Source: Clostridia bacterium (GTDB taxonomy: Bacteria; Bacillota; Clostridia; UBA1381). Taken from it: 37,514 nucleotides of DNA. Below the pieces are notes generated by a model. That model ran no database searches. It had not been told where the DNA came from and worked only from the letters and a program-made list of their open reading frames with translations. Of this stretch, positions 15,038 to 22,762 are shown in pieces; position 1 is the first letter of the stretch; each line of letters opens with the position of its first letter. A program made the translations under genes and the position numbers. The stretch spans positions 1 to 37,514 of the forward strand of contig JAZROS010000132.1 in the NCBI GenBank assembly GCA_045648825.1, written 5' to 3'.

Positions 15038-15937
15038 TCACGCTCCTGTTGCAGAAAAAGTTACAACAGCGATACCGTCAATAAGTTCAGCAAACAGTTT
15101 AATTCCCATAAGTGCGTGAGTTTCGCCCATAACTCTGCCGTAGTTACCCTCTTTGTGGATACCAATAAGATTTGTTTCACCATTGCCTGTTGTGTATTCA
15201 AGACCAAGTTCAGCAAAATCACCATCAGCAGGGTCAATATAATAAAGTACAATATTTTCAGCAGGAATTGCAAGAACTGTACCTTCAGGAATTTCGGAAG
15301 AAACAATTACTGTTTCAGCACCCAAGAAATTCTTGAAATATTCAATGCCGTTTGCTGTCTGCATTGTGATATTTGCAGAACCAAGATAACGACCAACATC
15401 AAGAGTGTTTACAAATGCTACGATGTTGCTGTAATCTCTGCGAAGTGTCTTGAACTTATCCTTAACAAGAGTAACAGCCATAGAAACTGCCATTTGGAAA
15501 CTCTCATAAGGTGATTCGGGTTTAAGTGTTCCTGTCTGTGCAAAAGCATAGAAATCATCAAGAACAATACCCTGTAATTCATTAAGGAACGCATCATCTG
15601 TCTTTGTAGATGCAATGTTTGCCCCATACTTTGCAACACTTTCAGCAGTAACAGCCTTTCTGTACTTTTTGAGTGTTAAATCCTCAAATACAACAGGTGT
15701 TACTTCTGCGATAGAGAGCGGAACTTCGTCACCTTCTGCAACATTTCCGTTTGCAAGTGTAACCCTTGCTGTGCTTGCTGATAACTTTGTGCCAGGTGTC
15801 TTTCTAATAGGACGCATAATTCCCATAATTTCACGGAGTGCATCCCAATTACGACCAAATCTTTCTACAAAGTCAATTTCTCTTGCCTGTAACTGACTAA
15901 ACTGTTCAGTAGTAGTTGTATTTTCAATAACTGCCAT
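15038..15937 (-). CDS. Major capsid protein
   Basis: Track ORF (299 aa) directly downstream of the scaffold gene, with a strong GAAAGGAA SD. The call rests on size and position. Confidence 0.8.
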   Translation of the reverse strand: MAVIENTTTTEQFSQLQAREIDFVERFGRNWDALREIMGIMRPIRKTPGTKLSASTARVTLANGNVAEGDEVPLSIAEVTPVVFEDLTLKKYRKAVTAESVAKYGANIASTKTDDAFLNELQGIVLDDFYAFAQTGTLKPESPYESFQMAVSMAVTLVKDKFKTLRRDYSNIVAFVNTLDVGRYLGSANITMQTANGIEYFKNFLGAETVIVSSEIPEGTVLAIPAENIVLYYIDPADGDFAELGLEYTTGNGETNLIGIHKEGNYGRVMGETHALMGIKLFAELIDGIAVVTFSATGA

Positions 15938-15943
15938 AATTTA

Positions 15944-16564
15944 TTATTCCTTTCTAAACAAATTAGGATTTGCCTGAATAGCATTTAATCTTTCTTTGCT
16001 ATCCTTTATAGACATAATTTCATCTTTTGTGGCGTACTGTTTACCACCTACGCCTTGCGGTGTACCACCCTGCAACTTAACGGCTGTAACGCCTGTAAAT
16101 GCGGTGGCATCGTCTTTTGTTAATGCGTGGAAGATGTCAACATCGCCCTTGCCTTTGTATTCTTCGCTTTCAAGTGCTTCTGCAAACTTTTTAAGGTATG
16201 ATGACTTGATTGCATCGTGCGAGAATTTCTTATCGCCTACACATTCAGCGAAACGCTTTTCAATGTCTGCGTTCTTTTCGGCAAGTATGCGGTCTGCTTC
16301 TGCCTGTTTTTCCTTTGCAACATTTTCAGCCTGTAAAGCCTCAAACTTTGCTTTCCAATCTTCACCGCTTGCATTTGCGGTTTTCAATTCTTCGATTTCT
16401 TTGTTGAAATTGTCAATAGCCTCTTTTTTTTCTTTCAATTCGGCTTCAAGTGCCGTGACTTTCGACTTTGATTTCTCAACATCAGCACCATTCAAATCCA
16501 TAACGGCTTTTAACTGTTCATCAGTCGCATCGGCAAAAATTGCCTTAATTTCTTCACGCTTCAT
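15944..16564 (-). CDS. Capsid scaffolding protein
   Basis: Track ORF (206 aa). It is highly charged and predicted helical (...EAELKEKKEAIDNFNKEIEELK...AENVAKEKQAEADRILAEK...), and sits directly upstream of the capsid gene. Confidence 0.75.
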   Translation of the reverse strand: MKREEIKAIFADATDEQLKAVMDLNGADVEKSKSKVTALEAELKEKKEAIDNFNKEIEELKTANASGEDWKAKFEALQAENVAKEKQAEADRILAEKNADIEKRFAECVGDKKFSHDAIKSSYLKKFAEALESEEYKGKGDVDIFHALTKDDATAFTGVTAVKLQGGTPQGVGGKQYATKDEIMSIKDSKERLNAIQANPNLFRKE

Positions 16565-16660
16565 AATCTTTTAATCTCCTTTATTGCTACGATTTTTTAC
16601 GAGGTATCGCCTCTTGCTTTAATTGAGTTTTGCAACTTTACGAGTTGCCAACAAAAACAT

Positions 16661-16688
16661 AAGAGTAGAACATTACAATTCTACTCTT
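16661..16688 (-). terminator. Intrinsic terminator (10-bp perfect stem)
   Basis: AAGAGTAGAA-cattacaa-TTCTACTCTT. On the minus strand the hairpin is followed by ATGTTTTTGTTGG. Confidence 0.7.
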
Positions 16689-16690
16689 AC

Positions 16691-16719
16691 ATTATAGCAT
16701 ATTAAATTTGGTTTGTCAA
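16691..16719 (-). promoter_or_regulatory. Perfect consensus promoter TTGACA-17-TATAAT upstream of scaffold and capsid
   Basis: Minus strand reads ctATTGACAaaccaaatttaatatgcTATAATgtaagag. The -35 is at 16719-16714 and the -10 at 16696-16691. Confidence 0.7.
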
Positions 16720-16726
16720 TAGGTGG

Positions 16727-17008
16727 TTAATCTTTCCAAATAAGAGCCTGCCCACAGAATTTGCAATATGGCATTTCCCAATGTATCAAGGTTTTTAATT
16801 GGTCATAACTGCCGAATAGTTTATTACAATTAGGGCAAGAGCATTGATTGTTCCACAACTCATAATGCTTTGGGATTTGCTTTTCAAGAGCCTTTTTGCA
16901 CCTTTCCATTGCTTGCAATCCCAATGTTCGTCTTTTTGTGTCAACATCTGCCACAACAAGATTATTTGCAAAAATTTCGCACCATTCTAATGCTTCTTTA
17001 TCTTTCAT
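16727..17008 (-). CDS. Zinc-ribbon protein (93 aa)
   Basis: Track ORF containing CSCPNC...19 residues...YCKFCGQALIW. Confidence 0.6.
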   Translation of the reverse strand: MKDKEALEWCEIFANNLVVADVDTKRRTLGLQAMERCKKALEKQIPKHYELWNNQCSCPNCNKLFGSYDQLKTLIHWEMPYCKFCGQALIWKD

Positions 17009-17340
17009 TCCCTCACCTCATCATTTTGGGGTGTGCGATATGCACACACAATAGCATTTATTTCATCAATCAATGGATGTTTAAGCCACTTATAAAACTT
17101 AAAATCAAGCCTTGACAATCTCATAAAAACACATTGATAAGCCTTTTTGTTGTTCTTCAAAACCTCAATAATTCTTTCGGGATTTTTTCGTAATTCACTT
17201 ATGCAAGCCTTTTCCCTTTTCTTATACTCAACAATTCTGTCAAGCTCATTTTCGGGCAGATTATCTTCGGGAGTTAAAAATGTTTTATATGGCATAAACA
17301 TTTGTTTTACAACAAAATCTTCTATGTTATATACAATCAT
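17005..17340 (-). CDS. Hypothetical protein (111 aa)
   Basis: Track ORF with ATGA coupling at both ends. Confidence 0.6.
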   Translation of the reverse strand: MIVYNIEDFVVKQMFMPYKTFLTPEDNLPENELDRIVEYKKREKACISELRKNPERIIEVLKNNKKAYQCVFMRLSRLDFKFYKWLKHPLIDEINAIVCAYRTPQNDEVRE

Positions 17341-17483
17341 TTCTCCCTCTCCCCCATTTCCTTCCTTTCCTTTGCTACGAGGTAGCGGATAAACTGACTA
17401 ATGTTCATCTTGTGTTCGTAAGCATCGTTTTTTAACTTTTCGTATTCCTTGTCATCATTGAATACTACTGTTAGCATTTTCAT
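17337..17483 (-). CDS. Ribbon-helix-helix (CopG/Arc-like) small protein, paralogue 2 (48 aa)
   Basis: Own translation: MKMLTVVFNDDKEYEKLKNDAYEHKMNISQFIRYLVAKERKEMGEREK. A perfect AAGGAGG SD lies 8 nt upstream of the ATG, inside the 3' end of the PAPS-reductase-like gene. Below the track's size cut-off. Confidence 0.6.
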   Translation of the reverse strand: MKMLTVVFNDDKEYEKLKNDAYEHKMNISQFIRYLVAKERKEMGEREK

Positions 17484-18198
17484 TTTGTTTTACCTCCTTA
17501 AATACTTTTTCCATATCAAACACATTACCATAAAAACCATATTGTTTGTTTTGAAATTTTTTCATAGGTCTGTCAATCTTGCTTTGTAATTCTTTCAGCC
17601 GTTCCCAATACTGCGGAAGATACCGCCAAATATTGTAAAGTTCCTTTTTATTTTTGTTGCAACAACACCAACAAGAAACTCGGTCAAGAATAGAATATAA
17701 TTCAATGCCGTTTTCTTCCCAAAAATAACCTTTTGAGTGGCAATATTCAAGGCAGTCCTTTTCGGTCATTCCCCATTCTGCAAGCGGAAATCTTACAATG
17801 TCTTTTCTTTCTTTAAACAATCTCTTTTCTTCATCAACTGCAATTCCACAATATGCAATTTTCCCCTTTTGATATTTTTCCAATGCAGACAATTTTTCGC
17901 CTGTACCCCATCTGCAAGCACCACCACACCAACCATAGCCATAATGAACACCCTTTCGACCATTTATAGGATAAGAAATCATCATTTCTTCCATATTTAC
18001 TTTTGGCTTTAATTCGGTGTATTTGATACCTTTTTCAGCCAATAAAGGCAACATTCTATCTCTTACCTTATAAATGGCTTCAAATTCCATTCCTGTATCG
18101 TAAAAAACAACCTCGTCAAGTGGTTTGTTTTCTTCAATCAGCCGTAAAATCATTGCAAGGCTATCTTTACCAAAACTACAACTTGCTATATGATACAT
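17455..18198 (-). CDS. PAPS-reductase-family PP-loop ATP-pyrophosphatase (DndC-like), paralogue 1
   Basis: PP-loop-like SCSFGKDSLAM near the N-terminus, and a Cys set WCGGACRWGT...DRVSCWCC. Clear paralogy with 26535..27305. The ATG at 18198 is preferred over the track's TTG at 18204. Confidence 0.7.
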   Translation of the reverse strand: MYHIASCSFGKDSLAMILRLIEENKPLDEVVFYDTGMEFEAIYKVRDRMLPLLAEKGIKYTELKPKVNMEEMMISYPINGRKGVHYGYGWCGGACRWGTGEKLSALEKYQKGKIAYCGIAVDEEKRLFKERKDIVRFPLAEWGMTEKDCLEYCHSKGYFWEENGIELYSILDRVSCWCCCNKNKKELYNIWRYLPQYWERLKELQSKIDRPMKKFQNKQYGFYGNVFDMEKVFKEVKQNENANSSIQ

Positions 18199-18230
18199 TC
18201 GCAATCCTACTTTCTTGAATTTCTATAAAT

Positions 18231-18259
18231 AGTATAACATACAGAAATAGCATTGTCAA
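18231..18259 (-). promoter_or_regulatory. Near-consensus promoter TTGACA-17-TATACT
   Basis: Minus strand reads ggGTTGACAatgctatttctgtatgtTATACTatt. Confidence 0.65.
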
Positions 18260-18289
18260 CCCATTTTCGCAAATTTCTCAAAAAAATAT

Positions 18290-18311
18290 CCCCTGCTTTT
18301 TAGGGCAGGGG
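18290..18311 (-). terminator. Intrinsic terminator after the minor capsid gene
   Basis: CCCCTGC/GCAGGGG stem. On the minus strand it is followed by ATATTTTTTTG. Confidence 0.75.
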
Positions 18312-18316
18312 GAATG

Positions 18317-19534
18317 TTATATTTTTGGTTTTTGAATAGATAATCTTTTTGTATCAACGGCAATTCCCGACTTTTCGGATATTTGATTGTATTTTTCTCG
18401 GTATGCTTTTATTTTTGCGTTGCACCCTTTTACAATCTCATTTTTGCTTGCTCCTGTTGCAATAGCCTTTTCCCATTTCTGCTGACGGATTGCATTTTCC
18501 AATGACCTCATTGACTGTTGCCATTCATACGGCTTTTTTGATACACCATCAATTTCAATCGGTGTTTCTGCTTTTGTTTTTAAGTCTGCTAACTCTTTGG
18601 CATCATAACGAGGCTCGGATATTCCACATATAATCGGTATCGTATAGTGATTGCACCCATAATCTTGCAATGCTCTTTCTGCCGATAATCCATCAGGACT
18701 TGATGGGTCTGGGTCAGAAAATCCAATAAACTTTTCGCCATTTATTGTTTGAGTTCCACTCGTGCAATATTGTTTTCCTTGCATAAATTCGTGAGATGGT
18801 CTGCAAGGAAAATGAAAATCAACCTCTTCGCCATCCGTTCCAAGTTCCTTGCCTATCATCTCGTTATATTCCTTGCTTGCTTGCTTTGCTCCCCATAACA
18901 CATCTTGACGGACAACACTTGCAAGGTTTCTTGTAATTCTTACCTCTTTTCCATTTATGATTGCAGTACCATAATCTACTCGCAATCCGCTACCCCCTAA
19001 TTCTTTTATAGCATCTCTTACAACAGTGTTGAAATCCTCTGCACCTGTCGAAACGGACATAACGGCTCTATCAAGTACATTAACAAGGGTGCTTTGCATA
19101 TTGTTAAATTTGCCTGCACCATCCACAAATCCCAACGCCTTTGTCTTTGCAAGGTTTATCATCGTTTCGCCTGTGGTCTTTGCGTACGCTCTTGCTATGG
19201 CTTGTAATTCTCGGTTGTCCTTGAACGGCACAAACTTTTTGCCCCTGTAATCATACAACGGCTGATTTGCAAGGTGTTGTTCTTCCAACAATTCCCCATA
19301 CATCTGTTCAATCTGTGATATGTTGTAGCCTGTAACCTTTGCAAGTTCTTTTGTTATGGCATCCATATCTTGCTTGACTACGACTATATTGTTGATAGCC
19401 TTAACATCTGCAAGGCTCATTTTACCATATTTGCCAATTCGCTTTCCTATTCGTTGCAAGGTAAATTGTTCCCACCCTGCAACATTGTTGAAAAGCAAAT
19501 TTGCCTGTTGTTCTAACTTTGAAATATCAGCCAT
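18317..19534 (-). CDS. Minor capsid / head morphogenesis protein (Phage_min_cap2 / SPP1 gp7-like)
   Basis: 405-aa ORF. The central ...HFPCRPSHEFMQGKQY...YGCNHYTIPIICGIS... pattern and its location in the head module support the call. The ATG at 19534 is preferred over the track's GTG at 19543. Confidence 0.65.
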   Translation of the reverse strand: MADISKLEQQANLLFNNVAGWEQFTLQRIGKRIGKYGKMSLADVKAINNIVVVKQDMDAITKELAKVTGYNISQIEQMYGELLEEQHLANQPLYDYRGKKFVPFKDNRELQAIARAYAKTTGETMINLAKTKALGFVDGAGKFNNMQSTLVNVLDRAVMSVSTGAEDFNTVVRDAIKELGGSGLRVDYGTAIINGKEVRITRNLASVVRQDVLWGAKQASKEYNEMIGKELGTDGEEVDFHFPCRPSHEFMQGKQYCTSGTQTINGEKFIGFSDPDPSSPDGLSAERALQDYGCNHYTIPIICGISEPRYDAKELADLKTKAETPIEIDGVSKKPYEWQQSMRSLENAIRQQKWEKAIATGASKNEIVKGCNAKIKAYREKYNQISEKSGIAVDTKRLSIQKPKI

Positions 19535-19799
19535 TCGCACCACCCTTTATTGCTTTCCAATCAATCTTTTTGCCACATAAAGGGCAATAATTAAATCGTG
19601 TTAAATCGGTTGATTTTCGTTTGTCACAATAATCCGATAAAAGATAGGGTTTGTCATCTACTCCGAGACTTTTCTTCCATTCAGCATAATCAACCATTTC
19701 TTCTATGTGCCTTTTTAATTCTTCAAGGTCAACTATTCTTGTATCTTCATAATCGTGCAATACACCAATCCAACACTCGCACTTCTGTATGTTATCCAA
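19527..19799 (-). CDS. Zinc-ribbon protein (90 aa, TTG start)
   Basis: Track ORF with CECW near the N-terminus and YCPLCGKKIDW near the C-terminus. Confidence 0.55.
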   Translation of the reverse strand: MDNIQKCECWIGVLHDYEDTRIVDLEELKRHIEEMVDYAEWKKSLGVDDKPYLLSDYCDKRKSTDLTRFNYCPLCGKKIDWKAIKGGANG

Positions 19800-19803
19800 T
19801 GTA

Positions 19804-19899
19804 TCACCGCCTATCTATCAAATTCCAAATCAAATGTCCTATTCCACATCCGATTAAACTGCCGACAATTACACATACTAACCAAATCAAAATACGCAT
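19804..19899 (-). CDS. Small hydrophobic peptide (31 aa)
   Basis: Own translation: MRILIWLVCVIVGSLIGCGIGHLIWNLIDRR. It fills the gap between two coupled genes. Confidence 0.4.
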   Translation of the reverse strand: MRILIWLVCVIVGSLIGCGIGHLIWNLIDRR

Positions 19900-19906
19900 A
19901 ACTCGC

Positions 19907-20380
19907 TCATCCCTCCATTTCTTTTACAAGGTTGTTAAGTTTTTGTTTTAACCAATAACACTCACCGTTTTCTAACCACGATTCTTTAAAGGTATACCAA
20001 TTTTGTTTGTCACAGAAAAATCTATATACAATCTTGGCAAACTCCTTGTATGCTTCGATTTTGATTTTGTTTCTAACATTAAAATCCTCTTTTGCAAGTA
20101 TTGGAATTTTGTGAATAGTGAAAATATCAACATCATATTTATTGCTCCAAGTTCCAACCTCGCTCATAAATGATACAAGGATATTCTGGAACCTCTCAAT
20201 CTCTGCCTTTTGTCGGTTGATGAGGTCAATGTTTTTCATTGCTCTTTGATATGCTTCTATGATTTCAACTTCGCTCATAAGCAAATCGCAAGTATCACAA
20301 TCCGTTCCACCATTACATCTTCCACTTGCTCTACGCCTTATACACAATATTTCATTTGCGAATATCTCTTTATCTGTCAT
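19907..20380 (-). CDS. Hypothetical Cys-rich / coiled-coil protein (157 aa)
   Basis: Track ORF with an AGAGGTGAT SD. It contains CNGGTDCDTCD followed by a helical region. Confidence 0.6.
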   Translation of the reverse strand: MTDKEIFANEILCIRRRASGRCNGGTDCDTCDLLMSEVEIIEAYQRAMKNIDLINRQKAEIERFQNILVSFMSEVGTWSNKYDVDIFTIHKIPILAKEDFNVRNKIKIEAYKEFAKIVYRFFCDKQNWYTFKESWLENGECYWLKQKLNNLVKEMEG

Positions 20381-20515
20381 TTAATCACCTCTTTCACCTG
20401 TAATCTTATCAATAATTCCAAAGAACCAAAAAAGACTATAAAATCCAAAACAAAGCCAATACCAAGTCCCTGCTTTAATGGTTGCTCCTATAATCGCAAA
20501 TAAAACTATATTCAT
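20381..20515 (-). CDS. Small membrane protein (44 aa)
   Basis: Own translation: MNIVLFAIIGATIKAGTWYWLCFGFYSLFWFFGIIDKITGERGD. It has a GAGGTGATTAA-ATG SD. Confidence 0.5.
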   Translation of the reverse strand: MNIVLFAIIGATIKAGTWYWLCFGFYSLFWFFGIIDKITGERGD

Positions 20516-20529
20516 TTAATCACCTCTTT

Positions 20530-20631
20530 TTACAAAAAAATATTAAGTACTTTCCAAATAGCATATAGGATAAGAAAAGCACAACCTGCTAAAAATAAAA
20601 TTCCTATAATTTGTAACAATGTTATAAACAT
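20530..20631 (-). CDS. Small membrane peptide (33 aa)
   Basis: Own translation: MFITLLQIIGILFLAGCAFLILYAIWKVLNIFL. GAGG lies 7 nt upstream, and the ORF overlaps the end of the Lar-like gene. Confidence 0.4.
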   Translation of the reverse strand: MFITLLQIIGILFLAGCAFLILYAIWKVLNIFL

Positions 20632-20885
20632 TTATTCGCCTCTTTCTGCGGTGTGCGTGTGTTCCAAAAATCAATTGCTTCTTTCACTCCGTCTTTTTCA
20701 ACAATCAAACTTCCGTTTATGTCGTAATATATGCAAGAAGCAAATGAATGTGTTTCTATACAACCAATAACACATCTTATTTTCCATTGGTCTGTAATTG
20801 TAGTTGGGACTGTCTTATATCCATTAAGATGTTTAATTAAAACCGCTTTTGCCCCACAAAACGGGCAAGATTTTAATTCAGCCAT
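20622..20885 (-). CDS. Lar-family restriction-alleviation-like zinc-ribbon protein
   Basis: N-terminal MAELKSCPFCGAKAVL, internal W.IRC..GC, and C-terminal EAIDFWNTR match the remembered Lar-family pattern (LKPCPFCGG ... W.V.C..C ... AI.aWNrR). Confidence 0.55.
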   Translation of the reverse strand: MAELKSCPFCGAKAVLIKHLNGYKTVPTTITDQWKIRCVIGCIETHSFASCIYYDINGSLIVEKDGVKEAIDFWNTRTPQKEANKCL

Positions 20886-20916
20886 TATGTACCGCTCCTT
20901 TCTTTGAATTGCGATT

Positions 20917-21168
20917 TTATTGACTTGATATTGTTATATTACTCTTGTCTACATTGTAATTTTCGGTCTTTGTTGTACCACAAACCTTACACCTGTATGT
21001 CGAACCTGCGGTGCTTACACCACAACACTCCCATTGGTGGTTTCCATTCAAACATTCGCTCATATCATTCGACTTTGAATTGTCAAATTTACAAGTGCAT
21101 TGACCTATAAACGGTGCATTTACAACGCCGCATATTGGGCAAAGCCATCCTACTTTCAATACTCTCAC
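20917..21168 (-). CDS. Zinc-ribbon protein; the start is probably TTG at 21159
   Basis: Track ORF containing CPICG...CTC...C...CC...CKVCG. An AAGGAG SD lies 8 nt before the TTG at 21159. Confidence 0.55.
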   Translation of the reverse strand: MRVLKVGWLCPICGVVNAPFIGQCTCKFDNSKSNDMSECLNGNHQWECCGVSTAGSTYRCKVCGTTKTENYNVDKSNITISSQ

Positions 21169-21182
21169 TCCTTAAAATCGTT

Positions 21183-21485
21183 TTATTTTCTTACTCCGTA
21201 CTCACAACAATTGAGTTTATAACATAAATACTCATTCGTTTCGGTAACAAGATTTCTGTGCGTATGAATTAACACTCTGTCACAATCACCGCCATTATCT
21301 GTGTTGTGCTTACACTTTTCACAACGCACAACTTCCTCAACATCTGCGGTGGGTGTAAAATATTTGCACTCATCTTCAACATTGTTATGCAATCCCCAAT
21401 CATTGCCCTCTGTTGGTTTTTCAATAATGATTTTTTCGTGTGAATTGCAAGGGTTAAAATGAATACACTCCATACAACTTGCCAT
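21183..21485 (-). CDS. Cys-rich hypothetical protein (100 aa)
   Basis: Track ORF 21183..21488. The ATG at 21485 lies within the conserved GGTGCGGAGTGATG junction. It contains CMEC...C and CEKCKH...C. Confidence 0.6.
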   Translation of the reverse strand: MASCMECIHFNPCNSHEKIIIEKPTEGNDWGLHNNVEDECKYFTPTADVEEVVRCEKCKHNTDNGGDCDRVLIHTHRNLVTETNEYLCYKLNCCEYGVRK

Positions 21486-21772
21486 CACTCCGCACCTCTA
21501 TTTCGCACAATATTTTCGTACATAACTTTATATTCTCCTGTTAATTTATCAGGGTAAAACCACCCCAAATCTTCTGTAACACCATAATCATAGAAACCTG
21601 CATTGCCCCACTTTTTTAAGTAATACCAAAGTCTTTTTATTGGAAAACCTAATGACCAAAAAACATCTATAACATTTCTTACGGTTATAAATCTATCTTC
21701 TGCCTCTGATACACCCAAAAGTTTGCACTTCATCATACAGGTTTGAAAAAATATGCGTTCCAAAGGTTTCAT
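21485..21772 (-). CDS. Hypothetical protein (95 aa)
   Basis: Track ORF 21485..21775. The ATG lies in the conserved junction motif, and the protein ends ...NRGAE. Confidence 0.6.
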   Translation of the reverse strand: MKPLERIFFQTCMMKCKLLGVSEAEDRFITVRNVIDVFWSLGFPIKRLWYYLKKWGNAGFYDYGVTEDLGWFYPDKLTGEYKVMYENIVRNRGAE

Positions 21773-21951
21773 CACTCCGCACCTTCTTTCTTTTTAAGCG
21801 GACATTTTGGGTGTGGTTTATTTAACCAAGGGTAGCAACCGATTGATGTTCCCTTTCGCCCATCACCAACCAATCCGCACCAATATATTGAGGTTATTGC
21901 GTTAGGTTTTACTTGTCTTGATTTGAGGTGTGGACAATCTTTACACAACAT
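21772..21951 (-). CDS. Cys-rich mini-protein (59 aa)
   Basis: Track ORF 21772..21954 containing CKDCPH...WCG...C...KCP. It ends ...KEGAE. Confidence 0.55.
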   Translation of the reverse strand: MLCKDCPHLKSRQVKPNAITSIYWCGLVGDGRKGTSIGCYPWLNKPHPKCPLKKKEGAE

Positions 21952-22265
21952 CACTCCGCACCGCCTTTCTGTGATTTCCCGAACTTCAAATCAAACCAAA
22001 TACAGTCAAAATGATACATTACATCTTGTATACTGCCACCCTGTAGAAGCATTTTTTTAGCTTCATTTAGATATTCCAAATATGGAATTCCTGTGATTTC
22101 AGAAAGTTCGGTTGCCACTTGTTTAAACGCATCAAGGAAAGTACTATTTGATAGTTTCATGACCTCATTTTCTACAGTAAGGATTTCAACCCACGATTCA
22201 AGTTTTTTACAGAATGTAAGGTGTGTGTCTTTTATGAACTCAACAACAAGGTTCAGTTTACTCAT
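21951..22265 (-). CDS. Hypothetical protein (104 aa)
   Basis: Track ORF with a TAATG overlap upstream. It ends ...KGGAE. Confidence 0.6.
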   Translation of the reverse strand: MSKLNLVVEFIKDTHLTFCKKLESWVEILTVENEVMKLSNSTFLDAFKQVATELSEITGIPYLEYLNEAKKMLLQGGSIQDVMYHFDCIWFDLKFGKSQKGGAE

Positions 22266-22444
22266 TACTCAACACCACCTTTCTCGGTTGGGTGGTCGAT
22301 GAGTTCTTTTGTCAATCTATCGATAACCGCCCACAACCCATCGTGTACTGTATAAATGTTTTTTATCTTTTCGCCAAGCATTTTTATACCGTCTGCAAAT
22401 CCCTCATCGTAAGCATTTGCAATATCATCCGCAATATTGTTCAT
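22265..22444 (-). CDS. Hypothetical protein (59 aa)
   Basis: Own translation: MNNIADDIANAYDEGFADGIKMLGEKIKNIYTVHDGLWAVIDRLTKELIDHPTEKGGVE. It has an ATGA overlap upstream and a TAATG overlap downstream. Below the track's cut-off. Confidence 0.55.
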   Translation of the reverse strand: MNNIADDIANAYDEGFADGIKMLGEKIKNIYTVHDGLWAVIDRLTKELIDHPTEKGGVE

Positions 22445-22620
22445 TTCCCCTCATCTTCCTTTCTCATACCTATTTCGGCAAAATAAATCAGCACCGACAA
22501 CCAATCGGCTTTATCGCTATAAATTTTCCTAATTCCTGCATTTCCTCCACATTCGGAAAGATAGATTGCTTGATTGAGCGCAATTTTAGCACTTTTTAAC
22601 GCTTCTTTATCTAACTGCAT
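22441..22620 (-). CDS. Hypothetical protein (59 aa)
   Basis: Track ORF 22441..22626. The second ATG (22620) lies 6 nt after AAGGAAG. Confidence 0.5.
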   Translation of the reverse strand: MQLDKEALKSAKIALNQAIYLSECGGNAGIRKIYSDKADWLSVLIYFAEIGMRKEDEGK

Positions 22621-22762
22621 TCTCATCTTCCTTTCTCTGCTTCTCTATCAGCCAACGAATAAAGGCTGATATTGTCATTTCGTGTTTGTGTGCCATTTTT
22701 CGCACTTCGTTGTACTGTTCAGCCGTTGAAAACTGAACGATTAAAGTTTTTGTGTCAGACAT
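22607..22762 (-). CDS. Ribbon-helix-helix small protein, paralogue 1 (51 aa)
   Basis: Own translation: MSDTKTLIVQFSTAEQYNEVRKMAHKHEMTISAFIRWLIEKQRKEDENAVR. A GAGGAGG SD lies upstream, and the start overlaps the 3' end of the methyltransferase gene. Confidence 0.6.
   Translation of the reverse strand: MSDTKTLIVQFSTAEQYNEVRKMAHKHEMTISAFIRWLIEKQRKEDENAVR

Noticed and set aside
15061-15639. Minus-strand track ORFs 15061..15306 and 15418..15639, inside the capsid gene.
   Set aside because: They are out-of-frame shadows of the major capsid ORF, with no independent start signals.
15996-16574. Plus-strand ORFs such as 15996..16574 (192 aa), 26177..26623, 11926..12351, 8973..9314 and 3101..3490, along with most other plus-strand track entries.
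   Set aside because: Each is antisense to a minus-strand gene with strong motif, SD or synteny support. They lack SD sequences, are rich in S/F/L/C as expected for antisense frames of AT-rich genes, and do not tile with one another.
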